A stretch of DNA of 62,323 nt, counting the filler, from Bipalium vagum (taxonomy: Eukaryota): NCBI GenBank assembly GCA_037834085.1. It is 3 parts of 3 records of this genome, joined end to end, with 100 filler letters (N's around TTAATTAATTAA, not from the genome) between each part and the next. Parts side by side here need not be neighbours in the genome. Positions count along the whole stretch, not along the records: positions 28,213 to 46,407 come from JBBMKC010037201.1; 2 more parts are not named here. One strand, 5' to 3'. Both the position numbers and the translations under genes were made by a program. The notes beneath the pieces are model-generated. The model was not told the DNA's origin. It saw nothing but the letters and a program-made list of their open reading frames with translations, and ran no database searches. Shown piece after piece: positions 28,578 to 41,200 of the stretch; the stretch's first letter is position 1; the number at the start of each line of letters is the position of its first letter.

Positions 28578-31500
28578 CTGTTAATAATAATAAAAAATAT
28601 TATTATTATTATAAATTAACAATTGTAAAGTGAGTTTTAACTTTATTATATCAAAATAACTGGAATTATTCATACACTGTGCACGATGTATACTTATTTG
28701 AGTTATAAGTTTTGCCTCAACTTCAAAGGATCATAAAAAATTAAAATCGACATAAAAAAATTTATATTGAAAATTTTGAAACTATGTATGATAATAATTT
28801 GAAGGAGTTAAATTCAAAGAGGTTATAACTTGTCTTAACGCAATTTCTTAAACACTGAAGCAATTAATAATGCCAAACTCTTCATATTTTTATTTATTTT
28901 AACAGCTGCCTAAACTAAGATAGATTTTAGCTTTTCCCAATTCATTATCATTAATAAAAATCTGCAAAATATCGATATTCTTCAATAATATGAAGACCAC
29001 TAATTAGCAATTGGCTAATCTACAACCAGGATATATTTGACTTGGCACTCAATATTTAATTTAAAACTGATTCACAAAAAGATTTTTAGGATTCAACTCA
29101 TATTATGATGAGTCATAAATAGTTTCGTTATGTTGTTTAACTATTTCAAAGTAATTTTTTAAATACTTGAAAACATTTAAATTAATTGAGTTTTATATTG
29201 GTGTAGTCTTTCAACAAGATAACGCAAGACCACACGTTTCTTTACAGACACGAAAAAAGTTAATTGAATTTGGCTGGGATATTTTGTCCCACCCACCTTA
29301 CTCACCAGACTTGGCACCATCAGATTTTTATTTATTCCGAAGCTTGCAGAATTTCCTTCATGGAAAAAAATTCAATTCTTTAGAGGATTGCCAAAAGCAC
29401 CTGGTGGACTTTATCGATCAAAAATCAGAAATATTCTGGAAGGATGGAATTTTTAAATTACCTGGCAGATGGCAAAAAGTCGTTGACTTAAATGGTACAT
29501 ACATTGTTGATTAAAATGTTTTTTAATAATAAAAAAATGACTTTCAATTTTTCTTAAAAATACGAAGACTTTTTACTCAACCCAATATATCACCTTGAAA
29601 ATAATTAAATATTTTTCATGAGTGGGTAAATGAAGTGATATAACATAATATTTTATTTTATTTTTTATTTTAGTTCTAATAAATATAGAAGAAAGATGAA
29701 ATTTGGATACTTCTTTTTTATTATTAACAAGATTTCAGGGCAAGTGCAAATGCTGAAAAAATATGTGAAGTGCATGATGAAGATATATCACATGAATGTA
29801 CTTCAAATTTGGTTCAAAAGATTTAGTCACGGTGAGAGCCATCTTCCGGATCAACAGAAAATCAATCATTGGATATATGCCAGGTAGCCAAACCAGATCC
29901 AAAAAGGAAACGGGTCTCAAAAAATATGCTGTTGTGTATTTGGTTAAATTTTGAAGGCGTCATTCACTTGAATTCACTCCGAACGTCTGTTGCACACAAT
30001 AAGATTTTCATATATATAAAAAGATGTAGTAGAAATACAAGTCATTGGTCAATAGAAAATTGATACTCCTCATCAAGATAATGACAAATCACAGACCGCG
30101 AAAAAAGTACTTGAAAAATCTAAGAACAGGAAGTTATTCAGTTTTTACCACATTTAACATGTTGTTCTGGCCCCATATAATTATCATTTTCTTGGAGCTA
30201 TGACACATTTCCTCAAAAGGTGTACATTTAATAATCTGGACGAGGTAAAACAATCGCATAAAAATACAGTATCGAAGATTGAAGGGTGTAGATAGAGAAT
30301 TTTCGATGCCTTTCAAAATGTTTTTCCTTTAAAAATCATCATAGGAATTAAGCTCAATTAAATGTATACATATAGCATAGGCTAAAATGCTTTCATCTTA
30401 ATCAATTGACCCCAGAATTACAATTGTAGGCAAAGGTATACCAAAGTTATAGATTTATATCTTTTATGCATAATATCATTTTGAAATTAAATTTACAATT
30501 TTCAAATTTATTATTTTAATAAAAATATTATTATTATAAAAAATTTTAAAATTTATTTCAGGTGTCTAAATTAGTTTTTCATCAATTATACTTTTACATG
30601 TAATTCACAGCGCGAAATAAATTAGATTGCTAAGTTAGAAATGCGTGTTTTAATGAATAACATTTATAGCCACCAAAATACCGCGCATTTTAAATTTTAT
30701 TATGTATATTTGTTTCATTTATAATATTTCATCAACGATAGTTCTAAGAGTTGTGGAACTAAAGATTTTGTCATTAAGATGAAATACACCAAACACTTCA
30801 GAATTCTAGTTTAGGTTTGATCAAAAACAAATAATTCAAATTCATAACACTTTTTAATTATATAAATAAAATAAATAATAATAAAATTTAGAATGTTGTA
30901 AATATTTCATTAGAAATATTCCTATTTTCTTGAATTGTTAAGCGAACCGTTAAATGTTCAAAGTTGTATCGTTTATATTCCCGCAAGCATAACATATGTT
31001 GAAATAAGATATATAAATGTATAAAGCAATATAAAGATATTCATAGGTTTATTAAAGATACATTAATATGAAAGATACTTTTTTGTAAAAAAACTTACCT
31101 TTCTAAAATGGACTTAACTCTCAAATTGATTTTATCACTACAATAATGTCCCCTTTCTATCAGATTACGGCCGAATTCAATTACAGCAATTGTATGATCA
31201 TGGTTGGCTTGTAATGTTGTTAAGAAACCTTCATGCTTTCTTAAGAGGTTCTGTGAATTTTCAATGGATATCTGTTGAAATAAAAATTAAAATAATCTAT
31301 ACAAACATAACAATACAGGTATGTCTTCTTTGCTCAGGAAGTTTTCTTCTTGAGCCAACAAATACTCGGCTTGAATTGCATCTCGAAGAAAAACTTGAAG
31401 TGAAAGACTTTGAGATAGGAGACCCTGTCTGTTTTCCCACATTTGGCATAACTCACGCCATCCCTCTTCAAGAGCATTTAAACGTTGACTAAGGAACATA

Positions 31501-32246
31501 TACTGAGCATCTGTTTTGTCTTCAGTAATTCGCCGACCATAATCGAGTAATCTCGCAAATTCATCCTGATATGAATCTATTTCATCTTTCAATTGTTCAT
31601 GTTGAACCAAAGACTTTTCAGCATCAGCCAAATCCTTAGGCATATCTTCCGAGGCTACTGTTGTCTGCATTTTGCTAAGCCACACGTGAATGTGATCAAG
31701 ATCCTTTGAAAAGAAATTTAATTTTATCATGTATTACAAATAATGGAATCAAAATGATTTCTTATGATCATACTTTTTTTAAACAATTTTCATATTTTAC
31801 CCAGTAAAAGGCTCTATTATACATCACTGAGAATCTTTTTTCTTTTAAATAAAATCCCGAGATTTAAATTAAGAGATTCAACCATTTCATTTCACAAATC
31901 TCTCTTTCTTTCATATTTCCAATATAATTTAATAATATCTTGTAAACTAATTATAATTATTTTCCTTGAAATAAAAGAGCACATGAGGTATTTGATGGGA
32001 CGAAAATAATTTCCCAAAAATTGTTTTGAAATTTTTATTAACAACAACAATCATAAAGCACCAGTCCATCAGCATTTATCAAATTTCCTATCTAAATGCA
32101 TATTCTTCAATCAATTATTATTTATTATTTTTCATATTCCAGACAGATTTTTAATATCAAAATATTTAGTTAATTTACCTTTTATTTTTAATTAATTTTT
32201 CTTTAAATTTTCCATTATAATTTTATAAATTTATATAATAATAAAA

Positions 32247-32282
<36 letters not shown>

Positions 32283-35200
32283 TAATTTATGAAAAAATAA
32301 TAATAAAATGATTACCTTAAAAAAAAAACTACACAATAAAATTTTGAGTTTGAATTATATTTTAAATTATTATTAAACATTATTGATGTCTATTTTTTAT
32401 TTTAAAAAAATTATTTTTTATGAAATTAAATTTGATTTAATAACAATAGACTAAAAATAAAATAATGATAAAAATAATAAAATTTCCTTCAAGTGATCTA
32501 ATTTTACAAATATCAATAAATCTTAAAAGGAAATATGTGAATAGAAAGAAATTAGAGGTTGAAATTTTGTTATCCTCTCCCTATAAATGTCAATAAAACA
32601 GAATATATAACGATACTATCATTCTCCAAGGCAGAAATCGGTATTTTACTTTTTTATTCCACAAAATTCATTAAATTTGTTGTCACGTTCATTAATAAAT
32701 CAAGAAAACATGTTATTTCATTTCTACTTGTAAATGTACAATCTTATCAATAAATAATCCATACAAACTCAAAAGAAATTTAAAAATTGATAAATCAGAG
32801 ATTTTGATAATAATTTTTTTTTCTTTATTAAATATTCGTTATTTTATTTGAAAGCTAGACTTTATTTTTTTTGTAAAAAATGAAATAAAAAAATATATAA
32901 AAAATAGTTTATTGGTAGAGAAATAATTATAAAAAAATCAAATAATTTTTTTAATTAATGAATAATATAAATATTAATCATTTATTTTTTAAAATATTAG
33001 GAGGACAATCATATTGCATGATACTGAGAAACCACATTTTGCACAATTAACCCTACCTCATCCTGCATGCTCACTTGACTTGTACCCAATCGATTTTCAC
33101 TTATTTAAATATATGGACGGTTTTCTCAATGATAGGGTTTTCCGGGAATCGGGCGCAGTCAAAAATATCTTCTTGAAGTTCATCTTCGGTAGAGATCGTG
33201 GTTTTTATTCAAATGGAATAAATAAACTTTTATGAGCTTTCAGAAGTTTGTAGAAGCGAATTGTTTTTTTAATATATATTTTCATTATTGTAAAGTTATT
33301 GCCTGTTAAATTTTCACGTCGAAATCCGACATTTTTATGTAACAATCTAATGCACTGTGAATAATTACAAGAGAATTATTTAAATTTATAAGAGGACTTA
33401 ATTATCTTTGTTAGTTGAAAATTATTCAGAGATACCGGGATCCTTCACATGTGTATAGACTGCTCTGACCGCTGAGCTGCATCCCCCGATTAATTTTAGA
33501 TTTATCTTACATCCCCCTCCTTTAAAGCTCACATTAATACCTTAACCGCCCCGAGTCTCTTTACTTCCATTTTTTTTAAAGATTCAAAACACAAGAAAAT
33601 AATATGTTCAGTGTTTATTTTTCTATTTAGTTCCAATATTTTTATTTCGTAACTGAAAATAAATAAATATAAAATAAATAATAAACTATCAGAAAAAATT
33701 ATATAAATCGAAATATATTTTATAAATATTGGATTACGATAACTTATTGTTTATTTAAGGATGACAAAAATTCGCTCTTCGATCTTATAAATATTTTCAG
33801 ATTTCCTACATCGATGTTTTAAAAAAATTTTAAATAATACTCTAAAACCTGACATAATGTCCTTTAGTAAAAACGAGGGGATTTTCGAGATTTTAATAAT
33901 AAAGACCCATTCCCTCTGAGTAATTATTCTTGATTGTCAGGTAATTATTTTAAAACATTATAAAATTGTAATTTCACAAAAATAAATTTATAAACCATAC
34001 ATACATTATTCATACTCTATTTCTGAGAAATCTGTCATTAAATTCTATCAGTTACAACGTTAGCAAAGATCACTTTATCAACGAAAGTTGCTTCTAATAT
34101 TTCGATCACTGCTAACAATAAATCACCCAAAAAACCTAAGCTTAGAACTTTTTTTGATTATCATTGGGCGCCATAAATCTCAACTATTTTAACCCATATC
34201 ACCATTACCTCAAAAGATCTTTCCTGAATTTGTTGTTACTTTATCATGTGAATTTATTTCTTTCTAATAAATGGTTTTTAAATAACACTTAAATTTTAGT
34301 CAAACGGAACCTCATAAAATTTGAGGTTGAAACTGCAGACTTTTTTGTACCAACTTTGTCAATGATGGATTTCATGTGGATTTCATTTTCAGTTTCAGCA
34401 AGACTACAAATATTCTCGATTTGAATATCGAATTCAGCAATTACATCTTTAACATGGTTTATAAAAATATAGGCTCTCTTGATTCATTCATCATTACTCA
34501 GTTCAGAAATCCTAATACCTTTTGCATTGTAAAAAATTTTCTTCAGAAAACATTCTAATCACCATTTCCATAATTTGTTCTGAATCTACTGCTTCTCAAC
34601 GATTTCCTTGGCCCATTTCAAGATTTCATATTTCCTAATTGTTTTTCTTTGAAGACGGTCATATTCTTTTCAGAGCTTTCTTCCTTCTTTAGAACACCTT
34701 TGTTGTCCTGGTATTGAAAGTTACTATCATTTCATCGTTATTTAATCATCCTAAGAGAACCTTATGGTCCACCATGAATTTGTTACCGTTTTCCTATTGG
34801 TTTTATCTATTTTATACTGGGCCATAGATTTAATTTTGTATGATCTGTTATATTTTATCTAAAAAGGTAAAACACAAATAATTCAAAATGTAAAATTTTC
34901 ATGTTTCAGCAATTAGTGAATCCCCACCACTTTAAGAAAGTCCCCGGTATGTTTCTAACGCTGGAAAATATGAAGGTCCATGGACATTATTTTTAGTTTT
35001 AGAATAATAAAAAGTCCACTTAACTAAATAATTCGTTTTTATAAAATATTTATCAATATTTAAGGTGACTTTAAATTGATTTTTTTAGCTTTTTAGCACT
35101 GCAGGGTGTTTAAATGAATTTAGTGAAACAATTTATTTTAAAATTATTTTATTTCATTTAGCAAAGTTACAATTATTTTTATAATCAAATTATTTATTTA

Positions 35201-38200
35201 TTTAAAGATCTCTTTAGGTGGAAACCATTAATTATTGATAAACAATTTCCCAGGTGCATATATCACAAATTCTGGAAAATGCGTAGTACCCAAATGCAAA
35301 ATATATTTCTATTTCATTAAAAATAGCAAATGCACTATGAAAAAATAAATCGTACTAAAACTAATAAATTTGGAAAATTGATTAGATGGGTCGCGAAAAA
35401 TCTTTGAAATTATGCAACACAATTTTTCTGTATTTTATCACCTATATATTACAAAATTAATGTATTTTTCTCTTCATTGTGGATTCTAATACCTAAACAG
35501 AAACTTTTATTTCTGTTAATACCTTGGTTGTGGTTATGTGTTACGGTTCTGATCGTAAATAGGTTCAAAAAATATTGAATTAAATAAACAGATTACAAAA
35601 GTGAAGAATAAGGTTACCTTTTATAACTGAACATAATTTTTTTCAGACAGCAGAAAGATGACATACAAGAGAGGAAATACGATATAAGGTAACCAACAAG
35701 AATCTTAAGCTTATACAATCTCTGTTTTTAAAGAGAATTAAAGAAATAAGCTTCCAAAAGAAACATGTCATCCAAAATGTTTCACTTAAATACTTTACAC
35801 CATAAATATGAGACGTTTTGAGGCTGCGTTTACTGAAAACATAATTACTTATTAATTCAGTAATCTAATAAGTGAACCATTCAATCACCTTTCATTACAC
35901 CATTCTTATGTAATTTAATCGTGACATCATTTCAGAAATCTCAAGAAATCAAAACTGGATTTTAGAAACTCCATACATCTAATGCAGTGAACTTAAACAG
36001 AGATTTACCACGCATATATTATGTAGTGAACGCATACCCTAAAGTAAGTGAAAAACTGCATTATTCGTTTCATGTTATGTAGCAATAATAATATGCATTC
36101 AACAAAATTTCCTCAGATTTATAGATTAAAACAGTGGATTGGCTTATCAACGCCTTATTTAAAAATTTTCTTTTCTCAATTTTATTCATTTCATATTCAA
36201 CATCGTTGAAGATAATCATATTTATATGAGCCTCAATAGAACTGAATTCTCTTGAAAATATTTGAAAAGTTACCAATCTTCGCAAACTATTAATTATAAC
36301 AAAATTAATAATTGTAGATACACAAATATTTGTTAACTTTTATGTGTCTCATAATCACTAATTATTTTCTGATATTAAATTTGTAAAATGAGTTCTTTTT
36401 TATTTCTCCTTTTTAATTGATTATGTCTATAAAAACTAACCACGATAAATATTTTTCTTTAAAAAATTTAATTAATTTATTTTATAATAAACACACCTAT
36501 TCCCATTTAACTTTTAGTTTAATGAGCAAATGCTTCTTTCTTTTTTCTTATTCTCAATTGTTAAAAGGTTTTTGATTATTAGAACTTTCTTAATAACTTC
36601 AAATAATCTATTGTGATTTTGTTATTAATATATTATTAATCTATAAAAAGAAACAGACAAAATTCTATAATAAAAATTTATCGATCGAGAGAACTCATTA
36701 ATAAAGCAAAAAAAATATAAAAATGAAAAATTAATAAAAAATAATCAAGCATTTTTTTCAATAAAAGTCGTTCTTGATAATAATAATAATAATGATAATA
36801 GTCAGTTAAAATTATTAAAATTGAGTTGACATTATAATCCACCTAATTATAATTGAGATAATTTTTATCATTTTCGTCCATGAAATTGAGAATTTTTGGG
36901 AATAATAAGTATAGATAAAAATTAGATTCAGGATTCTGCAGATGGAAAATTCGAGACTTCTTCACTGAACGCCGTTCGAGATGCTAAGAAATATCACGAA
37001 TTGTCTCATTTGTCTTCATTAATCAGACTTGCGCACACCCACATAAGACAGCCTCCCACGCTGGTCTGATAGTGAAACAAACACACAGGCACACACACCC
37101 AAGTTTAAGTAGCATCGTATGTGGAGTTACCAATCAAAATGGGTCAAGGTCCCAGAATTTTAGAGCCCAATTGAACTTGTTATCCTAGTGATGAAATATT
37201 ATCAATGGAAGCATTTGTGATTTTTTCCATGGAAATGTTTCATCGATTTCTCCATCCACAGTTTTGGAATCCACACTTGTATGCTACAAGTGTGGACTCG
37301 AATTAAAACAAACAGGTTATGCATTTCATTTTTTACCAACACAGTGGATTTCTCTTTTTGTTGGTTAATGTAATTTCCAATTCACAAATAGAAACACGAA
37401 TTTTAATAAAAATCAGGATAAATACTAATAACACAATAATAATCATGATAATAATAATAATAATATTTTTAAAATTGAACCTCAAAAGGGATTTTAAATA
37501 AGCTAATAGAATAGTAAGTAGATTGGGAAATTTTCTTTTTGTTAATACACACTAAGTATAAATAATTAATTATTATGCTAATAATATATAATTTTTTAAA
37601 GATCAATATTTTTAATTCTAAAAAAGATTAGATTTGTCAGAGTTCAATTCAATTTTTACATAACAACTGGAAAACTGGAAATCCATTAAGTCGTAAAAAA
37701 ACTTTAAAATATGTGTGGAGTGTGTTAGTTATTTTATTATAAATTAATAAGATGTTTAATGAAACAATAAAATGAATTTTAGTGTCCCCAATTATAATTA
37801 AGCAGTAAAATAAAAACTAGTGCTCCCATTTTCTCCACAAGTTAAAAAAATTCATAAATATTTTTATACAGGTTTATGTGCGTCCTTTAAATATATAAAA
37901 TAAATAATAATAATAATTATGTTGAATTTTATCATGAAATATTCTGGTTATTATGACAATATTTCTCTTCTTTTCAATAATTCATAATCTATGTACAGAA
38001 ATGCCAAATTAGTACATTTTTGTTTTCAGGTCAGCAACCCGATAACTTCTATAACCTGTTATAACCGATGCAAAATAACATTGACGTTTAAAACAATTTA
38101 AAAACTCTCAAACTTATTAAAGATATCTTTATGAGATATTTAATTTGGTAAACCTATTAAATCAATATAAAACTGCCAAATTTATTAGTAATGCTATTTT

Positions 38201-41200
38201 AGATTTTCTTTAGAGTACAATAAAGAATATTTTCCATTTAATTTACATACCTTAAAACAATTAGGAATTTTAAAATTATTTTGAAAGATGAAAGGAGACT
38301 TATGGTAAATATAAATACCTAACCAACTGATTATCATCTATTCAAACATCTGGATAACTTCCTGAACGATACAGTGTTCCGAGATCCGGACACGGTCAAA
38401 AAGGGTTTTCTTGATTTCATAGCCTTCAGAACATAGGGTTTTTATGAAAATGGGATAAAAAAAACTTTTATCGCGTTGATATATGTGTCTTGATGCAAAT
38501 GGGTTTTATTTGAAATACATTTTTCATTATGGTTTTCTAGTTTTTTCTTAAACTCTTAAAAAACTACATTTATTATGTAACAAGCTATAACTTAGTCCAA
38601 AGTTAATTTATCACAAAAAAGTACAAAATAATTTTATCAAACCTTTTGTTAATTAAGAAGTTTGAAGTGTTTTAATATATAAATACCGGGTGTCAATAAA
38701 ATAACTTTCAATTTTAAACTGTAATTAAATATTTGGATATTTAATTTTGTCTAGCTGAACTATTGCTACGTGTACGTTGACATGTAATATTTAAAAATGT
38801 AATATAATTATTTTTATATTAAATTATCCATCGATTGTCGGACAGTAACAGACTTAGCGTTGAGTAGATAGTGTAAAACATAATAAAAATTTAATTTAAA
38901 ATGTGTATCTTATTTTTACAGTTTTAAATTATCAACAATAAAGAATCTCGAATAATCATTTGATATAAGTTTCTACTAGGAAATATGCTACGACTGCAGC
39001 TGGAAAATAAAATTGGAGAATGACTGACCAAAATTCCGATTAGCAAATCATTTAATCAGAATTAACCTCGTGTTGGACCAATACGTTTTAAACTATTTTT
39101 ATTTTAATTTGACAGTGTTGTAAACATCGCCATAATAATAATAACCAAGCAATATAATATAATTCACTTTTTAAAATTTTTTTTGATTTAAGTCAAACAA
39201 AATAAACTAAGAAAAATTGTTATGAAAAAAAAATACATAAAAATAATGAAATTTGGGTTGATTTCTTTTCAATAAGTTTGCAATCAATGAATAGAAATCC
39301 AAATTTTTAGAAAAAATAATCCAATTTTATTGATTTTTTAGGATAAATGTTACTGAATAATATTGATTTTAATAAAATTACCTGTAGAAATCTTTGAAGC
39401 TCTGAAGATTCTGAAAGTCTGTCATCACGATCAGCTAACATATCTCCCAATTCAGCCCAAAAATCTTCTAAAATTGCTCTTTCTTCTCTGATGATCTCTT
39501 CATCTTCTGGCCGTTTAGCTATCAGTACTTCCATTTCTTCATCTAAATGATCTAATTTTGCTTTTATAGCATCCATATCTCTTTGTAATCCACCAATTCT
39601 TCTTTGAAGTTGCATTATACCTGCTAAATCATCTCCTAATTCATCCGTTGATTCTACTAATCTTGATTTGTCCCTAATCCATTCTCCAGTCTGCCTACAT
39701 TCCAAAAGATATTGATTGTATTGATACGAAATTTGTAACTGTTCTCGACGTGCTTCTACCAGATCAGCTAAAGAATTCCAAAGTTTATTTAGCTCAAAAC
39801 GTTTGTTAACAACGTCTTGTTTTTGAGGATGGTCGATTTCCGTAATCTTTTCAGCTAATGTATTGACATATTCGACTTGATCTGCTTGTATATTCATTTC
39901 TTTCTCAAAACCATCAAATCTATGACGAAATACTTCTAATTCTTCTAACTCATCTGTTGGAATCAGCGACATAAGTAATTTTTCTTTCTCATCAATCCAA
40001 GTTTTGACAGTGTCCGCTTTGCGAAGAATACGAAATAGAGATAATGTATCATTTAATTTGTTTTCCTTCATATTCGCCAAGTCAATTAAATCTTCATACT
40101 GACTCTTAATGTTAGTTACCTTCTCCTCTATACTTCCTAATTCTAACTCACCACCATCAGCTAACCTCTCAACCTGATCATCAATTGATTTGATGTTTAC
40201 TTCATAGTCCTGAATAGACTTAACCAACTGTTCATGTTTGTGAATATCGGTGATAATAGATTCTTCATTAATTGCGATTTTTTCTATTTTTACTAACTTT
40301 ACCTGTTCAATGATCCATATTTCAACTTCTCCACAATCTGCTAAGCAGTGGAAATAGGCCAACGATTGTTCAAGTTTAGACCGGCGATTTTCAGTTAAAT
40401 CTATTAACTCATTCCACAGGGCTTCTAACTCTTTCAAATTTTCACCAACTTTCAAGGCTCCCGGATTTTCATCGTATATGATCTTCTGACCAGCAAGAAT
40501 TACGGCTTGCAAACAGTTTGAATGATTTCTTACATCTTCTTCAATCACCTTATGTTTACTTATTAATCTATGAACACTGGATAAATCATGTCCTAAGTCG
40601 GGATTAAGCATCAACTGAATCTTTTCTTTCATCCATTGCTGTTCATCAGCAACACCCCACAAAAACTCCCACATCACTTTCGATGCGTTTAAGTTATCTT
40701 TTCGATTTTGTGAGAGATTTAATAAAATTTCATACTGCTCTTTTAAGTAGTTTGTTCTTGAAAGAATTTCTTCCGGTGGAGCGGGTATAAAATTTCCCAA
40801 ATCTGCTCCAAAATCGTTATCGATAAACGGCTGAGCTTCTTTAATGATTTCCTCAATTTTTGAACCTACCATCCTTATATCGATTTCCAGCAAAGTATGC
40901 TTATGTAGCAGATCTTCAACTCCCATTAGATGACGACCGATATCTTCTGTTTTCAATCTCGCTGTAAGATCATTGATGATATCTAATTGATCTTTAATAT
41001 TCTGAAACAATTTCTGGACCTTGTAACATCCATCTAGTCTCGATTTTCTAATGGTAATCATATCTAGTAATGTTTCCCAAAGATGAATGACATTGTCTCT
41101 GCGACACAATACTCTTTCTATATCATGATAACATTCATTTTCCAATTCATTGGTGACCAAAGTAACAGAATTGACCCTCTCTTCATAGGAAAATATATCT

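Noticed and set aside
31190-31492. ORFs overlapping real exons (also 54775-55062, 60420-60626, 60967-61194)
   Set aside because: Antisense or alternative-frame shadows of the spectrin, orphan and ANT exons.
34080-34560. Possible LINE APE-endonuclease remnant on the minus strand
   Set aside because: Motif resemblance (ET, YAPN, GD) is too degenerate to support without a profile search.
35539-35926. Possible solo LTR (TGTTACG...CGTGACA)
   Set aside because: Only a 7-bp imperfect terminal repeat, no target-site duplication and no second copy in the window.
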